Shown one piece after another: positions 1-13,204 of a stretch of 64,000 nt of DNA. The DNA is from Macrostomum lignano (Eukaryota). Each line of letters starts with the position of its first letter. The first letter of the stretch is position 1. Both the position numbers and the translations under genes were made by a program. The stretch is taken from NCBI GenBank assembly GCA_002269645.1, contig NIVC01001598.1:1-64000 (forward strand), read 5' to 3'. Below the pieces are notes generated by a model, which saw only the letters and a program-made list of their open reading frames with translations, was not told the DNA's origin and ran no database searches.

Positions 1-290
1 GAAATTTGGATGTTTTGGTGTTATGTACATAATTATTATTTGCCTGCTTGCTTTTGATTGCTTCGCATATATTTTTGCAAAGAATCATTGAGTAGTCCTT
101 GAGGACTGCATGTAGATTCTTTTCGAATTTTTTTCGTTTCGTGTTTTTGCTCATCTAACATGGGTGCGCCAGCCCAGGGCGCCATCATATGGAGGCTGCA
201 GCAATAATAGTGGCCGCCAGCATCAAGAGGGCGCAAGCAACGGTGCATGGCGCCAATCTATAGCTGTTGAAGAACGACTAAAAATAAGAA

Positions 291-414
291 CAGGGGCGCA
301 AATCTTTTAAGAGGGGGGGGTTGCCACAACTACTCTGATAGGGCGCCATAATTTTTGCCTGTTTATTACTCGTAATTGGGGCTGTGGCCCACTGCCCCCC
401 TGACCACGCTCCTG
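291..414. mobile_element. Possible short non-autonomous DNA transposon (MITE) with CAGGGGCG-type ends
   Basis: Starts CAGGGGCGC and ends ...CTGCCCCCCTGACCACGCTCCTG (reverse complement CAGGAGCGTGGTCAGGGGGGCAG). Ends resemble the element at 17882. No TSD seen. Confidence 0.25.
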
Positions 415-2614
415 GGCAAAGGGCGCTCAAGGTATTCGGCGAGGTCGCCTCGTTGGCGCCCCTCCCCCCCCCCCAGCCGGAGTCTGTGGCTGTTGCAGTC
501 GCCATGACAGCGTCAGATGAAGAGCAGAGAATGCATTGCGCCGTGAGACAGCAGTTATTTGAAATTCCGCAGTTTTGCTCCGTGTGTTGGCATCCCGGGA
601 CGCCGCGCTTTTGATGACTTGAGTTTAGAGGCGGGGTGACTGAGCGCGCTCTGAATTTCAAGATGAACATTGATAATTACATGATAATTACATGTAGCTC
701 CAAAATAAAAGTTGAAAAAAAGTGTGTTCTCAAACATGCTGAGCATCTCTGGCCTTGCAGAAAAAGACAGGGAATGGCGCAATCCTCTCTTGAGTTTGGA
801 TTTTTAAACGAAAAAATAGCCAGCGGAAAACTAGCTGTACCCGTTGGAAACAGTTCTAGCGGCCCTTGGGACAATTTTATCCGCCAGTGGACAATTTTGT
901 CCAGTCGTTGACTCCAGCGGACTTGATCCACACTCCTTTAGTCCCATCCAGTAGTTGAGACTCTCGCCCTGACTGAATCCGGTCACGCACTCCGCCCAGC
1001 TCAGCACTTCAGTTCAGCTCATCGGAAACTGGCGATGCAATGCTGCACGCATATTAATTAATGCGGTGCTGGCATTTTGTTTACATGTTTCCAATGGCAA
1101 GGCATTTGTGCATTCCGTATTGTTTTGAAATTGAAATTCATGAAATTGAGATGCTGCTACAAGAGAAGCCGGTGTTGTCGCCACAAGGATCGGAGTCGCA
1201 GTAGAGGCTTCAGTAGGACTCTAACATGCTGTCAGTCTTGAAGTTAGAACAGCGCGGAGCACAAGTGAAACTGGGACCAAAAACTACTTAAGTATGGTGA
1301 AAAATAATACGTTTCTTAGATGCTTAATGTTTTATAGCCTTTCCTTTAGAAAATTAGGATTCTGTTAATCTCATATTCTACGTACATGTCCTTGACGGCC
1401 TTGACAGGAGCCTGAGGCATTCCGAGAGAAAAATCCCCAGTTTAAACAGTCGAGTTCCAAAATCGGTCACGTGATGCTCTCTGAAGTGAGCTGGCTGACG
1501 CGGTGTCTCGGACTCGATCGAGCAGCCCTTGAGAGCCTCAGCGTTGTACAGCAGTGCGGCGTCACAATCTGGAAAAGCTGCGACCTGGCACCGTCCGTTT
1601 CAAGGCCTCGGAGCACCGTGTCCGATCATTTCTGAGACTAATGATGAGTACACCGCTCGTAATAATCTCTAGATATTGAAGACAGAAAAAGTGACTACAT
1701 GCACACACAGTCTAGGAAGATACTTGCTTGCGCACCTGCAAATTTGATGAATCCCTCCGGTCCTCAACCCAAACAGCCGACTATGGACGCAAGCGTCTGT
1801 CATAAATTCCGAGAAGCAGACTTGCTCGGGGCCTACCGCATTGATCGTGCAATTCGAGAGTGAAGGCGAGCAATCTCGTATTTAACAAAGTTGAAATGCG
1901 ACTTTTCCTAGTTTTGAAAACTTTTTCCTCTGCCCCCTTTTCAAAAGCAGCTGTCGATCCGTAAGAACGCAGGAATCGTGAGGATAATAAAAAATCTCTC
2001 CCCAATACCCTTACCTGCCACCGGGGAGAGACCAGGATGCCGGACTCCCGACACTTAATTCCCACCCGTGGCAGTGTGGCGGCACCCTCGCCCATAAACT
2101 GAGGCAGTCCCGCTAGAGGCAGCAACAGAGGGGTGAGAGACACTTAACTGTGCACCTCACGTGCAGTTATTTTCGCAGCTAGCTGGACCCTTGGCTATAG
2201 ACGCATAACCGTCGGGTGACTGAATCAGCAGCCACTTTGCGCGCAGAATGTCGCAGGTCGAAGAAGTCCAGCGGGGGGGGGATCCGTGTTCCAATTTCCC
2301 AGCAATTTCACATTTTTCTGAAAATGAGCCACCATATTTTTTAAATTAATTAATAACTCTGACAGACTCTGAACCTGTATCGTTCTGAATACTTTAAAGC
2401 AGGAACCTGGGAATTTTACCATGCAGTTTTTAGCCCTAACTTGGGAATTTCTCTCTCTCTCTCTCTATCTCTCACTCTCACTCCGATATGTGGTCCAGCC
2501 GTCATGCATTTTATTGGAGGTTGAGCAATTACATGTACAAGTTTGTCAGCTTTGATTTTGAGCAATTCTGCTGGATACTGGCAAGGGAGTATATGTCTAT
2601 CCATGAGGCTATAG

Positions 2615-2985
2615 TACATGTAAACTCGGTTTAGGTACATGTAAACTGGTTTAGGTACATTTAAACTGGTTTAAGTACATGTAAACTGGTCTAGGTACAT
2701 GTAAACTCGGTTTAGGTACATGTAAACTGGTTTAGGTACATTTAAACTGGTTTAGGTACATGTAAACTGGTTTAGCTACATGTAAACTTGGTTTAGGTAC
2801 ATGTAAACTTGGTTTAGGTCCATGTAAACTTGGTTTAGGTACATGTAAACTTGGTTTAGGTACATGTAAATAAACTGGTTTAGGTACATTTAAACTGGTT
2901 TAAGTACATGTAAACTGGTTTAGGTACATGTAAACTTGGTTTAGGTACATGTAAACTGGTTTAGGTACATGTAAACTGGTTTAGG
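2615..2985. repeat. Tandem repeat, ~20-bp unit TACATGTAAACTGGTTTAGG, ~18 copies
   Basis: Visible periodicity with minor indels. Confidence 0.95.
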
Positions 2986-4046
2986 TGCTTGTAAAGTGGT
3001 GAAACCAACTCAGGCTAAGCAGCAAAAAATGATATTAGGAAGAGCGGAAGTGCAATTAAAGAAATTAACATGGTGATACCAAAAATGTGGCAAAGTTGGA
3101 TGTTTAATTTATTTTCATACTCTTCTCAGACACAGTTACGACTTGCCATTGCCCTTATACTCATCAAAATACATATCTCGCTCACATTTCAATGGCAAAT
3201 TTTTAAGAGAAGTCTTATTAGGAATGCCTATGCGGGGCGTGACTCAGAAAGAGGTGTAAAATTCTCCGTAGGAAACTAATTTGACTTTATTGTCGGCTAT
3301 AACCAAAAACCGGCTTGTTATGCCAGCCGGAAAGACTACAGTTATCTCCGCCTCGCTGATAAAACCTCGAATTTTCTCCAAAGCTGATTCTATACAGATC
3401 TATGTCTGGCTGGCATATGCAGGCATACTTCTTCAAATATTCCTTCAGTTTTGATGGGGCGGCGAATTAACAACTTTTCTGGCCGTGCGATGCGGGAGGC
3501 AGTAAAAACCTTTCCTCCTCTGCATTCTGTTCTGATCTGAACAAGGAGTCCTCGAGTTTTAGCTGTATTTCGTAAAATGTAGTTTAGAGTAGGTATCATT
3601 TTATAAGACAGAGTTTTCTATCTACTGAAGGTTCAATTGAGAAGCATTTTTAACTATGAACGGTGGCTTTAAAAAAGTGTCTTCACACTTTTCTATGTTG
3701 CAAGTTTCTGCATAAACTCTCTGTTTTTGTCGATGTGTATGTAGTTCATTCAGCTATAAAATCAGTGCTTATTTGCAAAAAATGGAAGCGCGATTTTCTT
3801 CCCATCTTTGTCCTCGGTCGGGTCCTTTGAAACTTCACTTGCAGCAAAACGGCCCAACCAGAACTTAGTTGCCTGTCCAGCATTTTAACTTAAGATGTCC
3901 CTGGCCGAGACCCGGTGCTTCCCCGCCATTGGCTGGTCCCAACACCTGAGAGTTTTGTCTCCATCATTAAAAACCAGAAAAATTCGGGAGGAGATCAAGC
4001 AAGAACTATGATTCTTTTGGAAACCAAAAAGAAACGGTCAGTCCAA

Positions 4047-7000
4047 ATGAACCGATCAAACCTTCAAATGCTGCTGCTCGTCCTTCTGTTGGTTCGCTTC
4101 GCAGCTGATGCCTCCCACCCCTCCGCTGCACAGTCAGCAGCGCTGATCGGTGGCGGCAGTCTGCATCCGACATCAGTCGATGTGCACCTGAAAGGCACTC
4201 GATGGTGGTGAGTTGCTTTTAAAAAGGCCCGATCACATCGACATCAAATGAAGCTTGTACATTAGTGGTGTGGTTTGATGGCTCTTGATGACGTTATGAA
4301 TGAGCCTTGGCCATCTGAGCAGTTCCCTTGAGTACTTAGTCATCTGAGCAGTTCCCTTGAGTACTTAGTCATCCGAACAGTTCCTTTGAGGCCTTGACGA
4401 TCTGAGTAATTCACTCTTGAGGCCTTGGTCCTATGAGTAATTCACTCTTGAGGCCTTGGTCCTATGAGTAATTCACTCTTGAGGCCTTGGTCCTATGAGT
4501 AATTCACTCTTGAAGCCTGACCTCCATAACTGCTTGCTAATCTGTCCATTCCCAAATTAACCTTGCCTTTAAAGCGACATATTAAGAATCAAACCTGTCC
4601 AGGTTCAGTTTTAACTTGCAATTCTGTCGCGATGCCTTTTCTCAGCGCTAGAACTCATCGCTACATGCGAAAGCAAATTTGGTCAAAGTTTGTGCACAAA
4701 TTTGAGGGCTCATTAAATTTCGAAATAAATAGTGCCTTTGCCGCAAGCTGTAGCTCTAAGCCTCGAGGTCAATTATAGCGCTCAGTAATGATCTCAATCT
4801 GCTTCATGCCGAGCCTCGGAAAGATTCAGTTCTGTCGCAGTTGAGTTGCCCGATCTCTGCTTTAATTTCTGCTTCGCCTTGATTGGCAAACTTTGAAATT
4901 TGCATTTAAAGTGAATCCTGCTCAGTTGTAGCTCGCGCCTGACTGCATAGTCTCCAATTTGATTGCTGCATTATAGTTAATTTTCAACATCCAATACACT
5001 AAAAATGGTTTGTCGGTAGGTATCTAGGTATCTATGTATCGGTTTGGGACTCATCGGTTTGGGACTCATCGGTTTGGGACTCATCGGTTTGGGACTCATC
5101 GGTTTGGGACTCATCGGTTTGGGACTCATCGGTTTGGGACTCATCGGTTTGGGACTCATCGGTTTGGGACTCATCGGTTTGGGACTCATCGGTTTGGGAC
5201 TCATCGGTTTGGGACTCATCGGTTTGGGACTCATCGGTTTGGGACTCATCGGTTTGGGACTCATCGGTTTGGGACTCATCGGTTTGGGACTCATCGGTTT
5301 GGGACTCATCGGTTTGGGACTCATCGGTTTGGGACTCATCGGTTTGGGACTCATCGGTTTGGGACTCATCGGTTTGGGACTCATCGGTTTGGGACTCATC
5401 GGTTTGGGACTCATCGGTTTGGGACTCATCGGTTTGGGACTCATCGGTTTGGGACTCATCGGTTTGGGACTCATCGGTTTGGGACTCATCGGTTTGGGAC
5501 TCATCGGTTTGGGACTCATCGGTTTGGGACTCATCGGTTTGGGACTCATCGGTTTGGGACTCATCGGTTTGGGACTCATCGGTTTGGGACTCATCGGTTT
5601 GGGACTCATCGGTTTGGGACTCATCGGTTTGGGACTCATCGGTTTGGGACTCATCGGTTTGGGACTCATCGGTTTGGGACTCATCGGTTTGGGACTCATC
5701 GGTTTGGGACTCATCGGTTTGGGACTCATCGGTTTGGGACTCATCATGATTCAATGCTTCGCAAAGTACTAGTACTCCTATTGGTATTAAAAAGTAACCG
5801 CAAAGACAAAAATTCCAGCCTCAACTGAAACACGCAGGTCGCTGCACGAGGCTTATCTTAGGCCTGACTTCGACCTGTTCAAGGCTAGGAGCCACTTCAC
5901 CCGGCAGCAGTGGGCGACCTTCTCCGCCAGGCGCTGCGGCTTCGATCCGGCCGCGATCCGAGCGGCGCTGCAGGGCGTCAACTTGGCGTTGCACGAGTGC
6001 GAGCGACAGATGAGCACGGAGCGGTGGAACTGCTCCCGGCTACCCCAGAACTACAGGGCAGAGGCGGGAAACATCTTCGGCCAGCTTTTGAAAAAGGGTT
6101 GGTGTTCTGGAACCATTCTGGAACCATTCTGGAACCATTCTGGAACCATTCTGGAACCATTCTGGAACCATTCTGGAACCATTCTGGAACCATTCTGGAA
6201 CCATTCTGGAACCATTCTGGAACCATTCTGGAACCATTCTGGAACCATTCTGGAACCATTCTGGAACCATTCTGGAACCATTCTGGAACCATTCTGGAAC
6301 CATTCTGGAACCATTCTGGAACCATTCTGGAACCATTCTGGAACCATTCTGGAACCATTCTGGAACCATTCTGGAACCATTCTGGAACCATTCTGGAACC
6401 ATTCTGGAACCATTCTGGAACCATTCTGGAACCATTCTGGAACCATTCTGGAACCATTCTGGAACCATTCTGGAACCATTCTGGAACCATTCTGGAACCA
6501 TTCTGGAACCATTCTGGAACCATTCTGGAACCATTCTGGAACCATTCTGGAACCATTCTGGAACCATTCTGGAACCATTCTGGAACCATTCTGGAACCAT
6601 TCTGGAACCATTCTGGAACCATTCTGGAACCATTCTGGAACCATTCTGGAACCATTCTGGAACCATTCTGGAACCATTCTGGAACCATTCTGGAACCATT
6701 CTGGAACCATTCTGGAACCATTCTGGAACCATTCTGGAACCATTCTGGAACCATTCTGGAACCATTCTGGAACCATTCTGGAACCATTCTGGAACCATTC
6801 TGGAACCATTCTGGAACCATTCTGGAACCATTCTGGAACCATTCTGGAACCATTCTGGAACCATTCTGGAACCATTCTGGAACCATTCTGGAACCATTCT
6901 GGAACCATTCTGGAACCATTCTGGAAACTAAATGATTTCCCTCGCCGAAACTGCCACAGGCATCCCGGAGACCGCCTTCGCCCTGGCCATAGTGTCGGCA

Positions 7001-8788
7001 GGTGTCACCGCGTCCATCGCCTCAGAGTGTCGCCGGTCGCTGCGCTGCTGCCCCTGTCGGGTGACTCAAGACGACCCGGAACGCGGCCTGTCGCCGCTAC
7101 GATCGGCTGCTTCCCCGGCCGCGGCCAGATACGCCGGCTGCGACCACAACGTGCGCTTCGCCGGTGCGATAAGCCGCAAACTGCTGGACCGGCCAGAGAG
7201 CGGCCGCGATGTGCGCCACCTGGCCATGCTGCACAACTTCAACGCTGGACGGAGGGTAAAGCCTGGGTGACTTTTTATTGGCTTAAGTAGGGAGATCCGA
7301 AACATCTGAGGGTTGAGGTTACGGTGCTTGTGCAGTGCTGACATTGTGGGGGTCGCAACTCTGACGCTGTAATTCCTATCGCAGCGCGGTGGTTGTTCCA
7401 GGGATTTATGTCTGTACTAACCATAGCCAACTCTGCTTAACTTGCAGCACAGGTGGCTATTGATTTACAGACACAGCACCACAGAATTCCAGCTGGAAGG
7501 CCACATTTGTTCAAAAAGATTTCACACGCAGCAGCTGCAGGTTCGCGCGAAAAATAATCGTCTTTCGTTGGCATCCAAGTCTCTTGAAGAGATCCACAAA
7601 TTCAGCGTCTTGGTTGATTTTGTTGTCTTGCTTGCTAATGTTTTTTCCTTCGATGGGTCAACGATACCAGTTGCTATAGGTATAACTAAATCGTTAGTGG
7701 CATTGAGGGAAGGTTCAAGAGGTGCCTTGAAATTATTCATCATCATATGTTTTTCTAAATGCCACTTTATTCGGGAGTTTTCTTAAATAAACTGCTCTAA
7801 TCGTGGCGATGTTTAGCGTTGCTATGTTGACGCTAAACAGCCTATCGGGCTTCGTGGGCTTAAGCCAACCCGAGAGGCGGCTTGAGTGCTTGGCTGCGCT
7901 GACGACCTCGCGTCGCTGTCTCGGCCATCGAGGAGCTCGTCAACAGCTGGACAAGTTCGCGCCAAAGTCTTGAGGCGTTCTCTGTGACGTCGTCTTCTTT
8001 AACCAACTAGCCATAGCATATTTTGTTGGTGTGTTGCTTCAGGCCCACTTCGTAGTGCGCAAACAAATTTGATCGCCAACTTAAAATTGCAGGCGGTGGT
8101 TCGCACGATGGGAGTAAAATGCGTCTGTCACGGCACCAGCGGCAGCTGCACGCATAACATCTGCTGGCGCGAGGTGGCCAGCTTTCAAAAAATCGGCGAA
8201 TTTTTGAAGTATCAGTACAAAGAAGCTGTCAAGGTGGAGCAAGGTGAGGGACTAACGAGCGTATAATTGAATAAAGTTCACTTTTAAGGTCTCATAAAAC
8301 GAACCAGAAACTGAAAATTGTTTTGTAACAAAACAGCCAGTCCGGTGAAGATCTACCTGGACCAGGATCTGCAGTCTCGCAAGTCTCGTCGAGGAGGCCG
8401 ATCATCTCAGCAGCTTCGTCAGCAACGTCACAAGCGTCGCCGAGGCCAGCGACAGCGAAGACGCCGACGTCGCCGGCTGAACCTGGTGAAAGCTGGCCGC
8501 TCGCCGCAGCAGCCCGGCAGCCTTCCGCGTCGGCGGGACCTGGTCTACTACGAATCTGTGAGCGAGGATTTCTTCTGCGAGCCCAACCAAGTCTGGAGCC
8601 TGCCGGGCGTGCACCAGCGGGTGTGCAGCATTAACAATGGCAGCTGCAGCAGTATCTGCTGCTCGGGCACCTACAGGATCGAGCACTACAAACACGTGGA
8701 CAACAAGTGCAACTGTCGATTCGTGTGGTGCTGCGACGTCAAGTGCGAGACTTGCATCACCGATAAGCAGAGGAAAATCTGCGATTGA
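4047..8788 (+). CDS. Wnt: Wnt-family secreted ligand, divergent, closest by eye to Wnt1/Wnt10; exons 4047-4207, 5838-6097, 6960-7255, 8093-8243, 8337-8788 (439 aa)
   Basis: Signal peptide ending in RWW; motifs ECERQMSTERWNCS, PETAF, AGC..., LHNFNAGR, CVCHGTSGSC (lipidated Ser present), DLVYYE, CNCRFVWCCDVKCETC. All four introns are GT-AG with matching phases (2,1,0,1); exons total 1320 nt. Confidence 0.93.
4310..4515. repeat. Short degenerate tandem repeats (29-bp, then 31-bp units) in Wnt intron 1
   Basis: CATCTGAGCAGTTCCCTTGAGTACTTAGT x2-3, then GAGTAATTCACTCTTGAGGCCTTGGTCCTAT x3-4. Confidence 0.8.
5038..5745. repeat. Perfect 15-bp minisatellite ATCGGTTTGGGACTC, ~47 copies, Wnt intron 1
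   Basis: Invariant unit; accounts for the MSPKP, GTHRF and GLIGL ORFs. Confidence 0.98.
6105..6926. repeat. Perfect 11-bp minisatellite TTCTGGAACCA, ~75 copies, filling almost all of Wnt intron 2
   Basis: Invariant unit between donor 6098 and acceptor 6959. Confidence 0.98.
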
Positions 8789-9273
8789 CCGTCACTGATC
8801 GGTGTGCGGATTCGAGTCAAATTTTGAGTAAAAATGAACACAGCAAAAAATTAATGAATCAGCAAAAATTTAGACAGTCACTGCGGTGCATGACTGTATA
8901 ACCTGAGATTTTCGGTGGATATACAAATTGTAAAAACATAAACTTTATGGGCTCAAACCAGCCGAAAAGACCGGTCAAATGCACCCCCGCCTTCCGTAGG
9001 CAGAACGGTCCAAATTTTTAGAAATTAATGCTTTTTGCTTTCGTAAACTTTTACAATTCATTTTTTGTTCGCAAGCTTCTTTTAGCGTCGTAAAAATATA
9101 GGATATTCGCATTGAATTCACCTCCCACTTTGTGCGCCTGCTAATTTATCAAACCTGTACATGAATACCGCTAAGAGCTCTTTATCGGCTTGTTTTTAAT
9201 TTTATTTATAAAAAATCTTTAGAATATTCTTTAGAAAACATTTAGTGTCAACACTGGTTTAGGCAACCAAAAA

Positions 9274-9438
9274 CACTCTACAGACTCCACTCTACAGACT
9301 CCACTCTACAGACTCCACTCTACAGACTCCACTCTACAGACTCCACTCTACAGACTCCACTCTACAGACTCCACTACAGACTCCACTCTACAGACTCCAC
9401 TGTCCAGACTCCACTCTACAGACTCCACTCTACAGACT
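9274..9438. repeat. 14-bp tandem repeat ACTCTACAGACTCC, ~11 copies
   Basis: Visible periodicity. Confidence 0.95.
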
Positions 9439-9616
9439 TCGCTCTACCTAGCCTTGAGAGCAGTGACCTCCTTTGTAGGGTAGTGTCGTCGAACGTGTCA
9501 GTCGCAGTACATATGAGAGCGCACTGTAGGAGCGATATGCTCTGCTGCTTGAGCAGGCCCAGCTCAATCATATAGACCCCGAATCGTGGAAGACCGGAGT
9601 TGGTGTGGATGTCGGG

Positions 9617-9965
9617 GGAGCATGTTGGTGGAGCATGTCGGTGGAGCATGTCGGTGGAGCATGTCGGTGGAGCATGTTGGTGGAGCATGTCGGTGGAGCA
9701 TGTCGGTGGAGCATGTCGGTGGAGCATGTCGGTGGAGCATGTTAATGGAGCATGTCGGTGGAGCATGTCGGTGGAGCATGTCGGTGGAGCATGTCGGTGG
9801 AGCATGTCGGTGGAGCATGTCGGTGGAGCATGTTGGTGGAGCATGTCGGTGGAGCATGTCGGTGGAGCATGTCGGGGAGCATGTGGGTGGAGCATGTCGG
9901 TGGAGCATATCGGTGGAGCATGTCGGTGGAGCATGTCGGTGGAGCATGTCGAGGGAGCATGTTGG
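9617..9965. repeat. 13-bp tandem repeat GGAGCATGTCGGT, ~26 copies
   Basis: Visible periodicity. Confidence 0.95.
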
Positions 9966-10818
9966 AGCCAGAATGGCCAAGCAAACAAAACAAGCAAAAA
10001 AGAGGAAAGGGGAAGTACGAGTAAATCCTTTCTAAGCTGGGCTGGGACAGTATTGATCTTTGCACATCCACTCGTGGGGAGAGTCAGACTAAGAGTGAGA
10101 GAGACAGTGGTCGCTTTCACAAGACCGAAATTTCACATGGTAGAAAACTTAATACACATGTAACAAGGACCATGCAGAACTTTCGGCGTTGTGAAATTCT
10201 ATGAAGTTCCCTATGAAGCCCCCCCCTAGAGGGAGGGTTAGAATTGTCAGATGGCCCACAGCCGCAGGGCCCTTGTGCCCTTGTCAATGCGATACTGTAA
10301 CGCTATCTGACTTAGTCAAAAGTTCAAAATCTAACTTGTTCAGCAAATGGCACCAGAAACCATAAACCTTGCAGTCAAATACTTTGAATTATTAGCAACT
10401 GAATTTAAACTTTGAATCAATTTGTTCGATTTTAAGGCCACGAGTCACGATTTTTATAAGAACTCAAGTATTCGGAATTCCATGGGTATTACTCCTCCGA
10501 AATGGGGTACTACTCAGAGGCTTGATACCCCAACTCGGGTACCGATCAACAGTGAAAAAACACTGGTCTGACTGCATTTATTGTGGCGAAGTCACAGTAA
10601 AACTAGAGAATTTCACGATGCTTACAGAAAGATAGATACTTTAAACCAACTTGAGTTTTTTGCTTCCTGTCTTTAAAAGGCCCAGAGTTTAGGTAGTAAG
10701 AACGGCAGAAATCGATAACTTGGTTCTGCAGTCAAAGAAAAACAGATCTCATTCAACTACGGGAACATGCTTGCTTGAGTTGAGTTTGCTTGAAATTTTC
10801 GGTGGAAGTTCAGCGGAT

Positions 10819-12303
10819 TCACACTTGCACCATCAGCTGGATGCTTTTCAGAGCGGCATAGGTGCCACCAGTGGCGTATTTCCACATCATCTTCTTGAGC
10901 GAATCAGCGATGGCGGAGGTCTCGTAGACGCCGCTCGGGTTGCAGTAGGCGCAGCTCGAGTACCACCAGCCGCCGTTACCGCAGTGAGCCACGGAGCAGC
11001 TGGAGCCGGACCTGCCATCGTTGTCCCGGTCCATAGTGGAGAACTGGCTGCCTTTGTGGTAGGCCAGAGCGTCTCCCGTCATGTTGGAGCTGGCGGTCAG
11101 GTACGAGGTGTAAGTCATGGTGTAGTTGGTGCTGGCATCGCCTACGGTGAAGCCGGAGTACTCGGCGATGAAGAGTTCGTCAGCCCAGGTGACGGCCTCC
11201 ACCCGCAGCACTCTCGGCGTGCTGCCCGTCAGCTCGTTGATGGTGCGAAGGCCTGAAATTATGATCCACGTGGTTGCACACTGGTTTCTTCTACCGATGC
11301 CACCATGGCACTGTCTGAGCTGACTCACCGATCCAAAAGTCGACGTCATCCCCGAACCCGTGCTCGTAGTTAGTCCAGTTCTGAGCAAAGCTAAGCGCTC
11401 CCTTCGATCGGTGCTGGATGATGCGAAACGTACGGTCAGCGATGGTCACGTAGCCTGAAATTGTTACGCATGAACGGGCATATGAGGTCAGCAGTTCTAA
11501 AAAATCGAAATATTTGATCGCACTTCAATCGTTTCAATAACTTACTTGCATTGCGAGACCAACTACTACCAGCACTGCCGCTACTACTGGCAGTAGTTAG
11601 CCTGCGAAGCACGGAGCTTTGCGAAGCTTTTTCGGAAAAGTCGGCGCCTTTCTCGGCGGACATCAGACAGAGCTCCGACTGCGGCAGAAAGGCGGACGCT
11701 GAGCAGGCGGCGGGCCCGGCGGCCGAGCACTTGACTGCGCACTCGATGTCGCTGCGAGCCCATGAGGACACTGCAGCGGCCGGAACAGACGGGGCCACCG
11801 ACTCGGTGGAAAACTCTGAGTAGATTTTGCAGGGCGAGTCGATTTTGTAGTACGAGTATTATGAGTAATGCGACGTCACCATTGAGAACAATAAGTGATT
11901 GCCATCGATTGTCATACTGGCAACCCCCCCCCCCCCTAGCCTGGAGGCGCATCATGTGACGCTGCTCAGGATCCTGTTTTATATGACCTATAAACTGTTG
12001 TTTGCTGCTGTTGTGTGTTTCGTCGGTAGCGCTCCGCTCAGGCGATCCACTGCGGGTGAGCCGCCCTGAGGAAGCTTATCACCATCGCCTTGTTTCCCAG
12101 ATCCGCCACTGATTTCATCCCAAGACGCTTCGGAGGCCGTCAAAGCGCGAACAATTCCCCCAGTGTGTGCTGATGTGTCTTCTAAAGCCTCTGATAACTC
12201 TCGGGGCTCATTTATTCTTATATCGCTACTACCAATTCTTACCTGTCGCAGTCGCAGCTGCTGTTGCATAGAAGCAGAGAGAAATTATTATCTTAATTAA
12301 CAT
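10819..12303 (-). CDS. Secreted PAN/apple + fibrinogen C-terminal (FReD) protein; exons 12303-12243, 11815-11546, 11454-11329, 11252-10819 (296 aa)
   Basis: Exon 1 is the signal peptide MLIKIIISLCFYATAAATAT. Exon 2 has ECAVKC..C.A..F....C (PAN-like). Exons 3-4 give IIQHRSKGALSFAQNWTNYEHGFGDDVDFWIG, FSTMDRDND, GGWWYSSC..CNPSG (FReD). All introns GT-AG, phase 1; total 891 nt. Confidence 0.88.
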
Positions 12304-13204
12304 GCTTTTTTGACTTGAACAATGACTACTGTCTGATCGGCACTGGTTTGAAGTAAGATTATTTCTGTTGATTATTGTTCTTTCCTGCTTTGCACTTTGC
12401 AGAATTGTTGCAGAATTATGGAAGGTTGCAGAATTTAAATAGGTTGCCACGGGCTACAGTGAAGCGGAAAGGAATTTTGAGGAGCAAATTTGCATTGGAC
12501 CAACCAGCGGGAGGCATCGGTAAGGCTCTTTTCTGGAAGGGAGGGGGCGAGAAGAAGCGAGCGATGTGGGAGAGAGGATATGCTGTGTGGTCACTGAAGG
12601 ATTCTGTAGAGCAGACGCTGAATGAGAAGAGGTACTTTGCGGGCCTGCTATAAGAGGTTAGTGGTAGGTTTTTTTTGCGGAAATTTTTCTTCGGAAGTCT
12701 TTAAATAATTGATGCAGTCATGCGGCCTTTGTTTGAATGGCAAGAGACTGGAGCTTTCGCCTGGGCCAGTTGGTCCTTCTCGGCACCCATTCTTTACTGA
12801 AGCTGTCACTTTACAATCACGCAAGCCAAGCCTGACATTGATTTGTACAAGGCTTTCAGCTTGCGCAGAATTAAATTCCAAACATTTAGTAAATCCTTTT
12901 GTCAAATCTAAGCACAAAAATTCTTACAATTGCTGAGAAAGTTGCAGAATCTTACTAAAGGAAAGGATATTTGTTTTTTGGGTTTTCTGCCAGTCAAGTC
13001 AACTCGACAAATTTTCAGGACGTTCTACAGGTGCTCCGAAGCTACCTGTAAGAAGATTTGAACTAAGCACGGGCAAAAAGTGGGTCTACGTTGTTGGCTG
13101 CCGAGACTAACCCAAACCTTTATAACCTTATCTCTAACCTTAACTTTAACCCTAATTCTACAGCAAGATTTGAAGCAGAAAAACATTTGCCAATCATCGA
13201 GGCT

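Noticed and set aside
36-3599. Short ORFs in the first 3.6 kb
   Set aside because: No motifs or consistent exon chain; overlapping frames typical of noise.
4977-7290. Long repetitive ORFs (MSPKP, DESQT, GTHRF, GLIGL, HSGTILEPFWN, MVPEWFQNGSR)
   Set aside because: Stop-free translations of intronic minisatellites, open in most frames on both strands; Wnt splice sites bracket them.
7442-7786. Overlapping ORFs in Wnt intron 3
   Set aside because: No recognisable motif or splice context.
9416-10163. Cys/His-rich ORFs (HAPPTCSTDML)
   Set aside because: Products of the 13-bp array.
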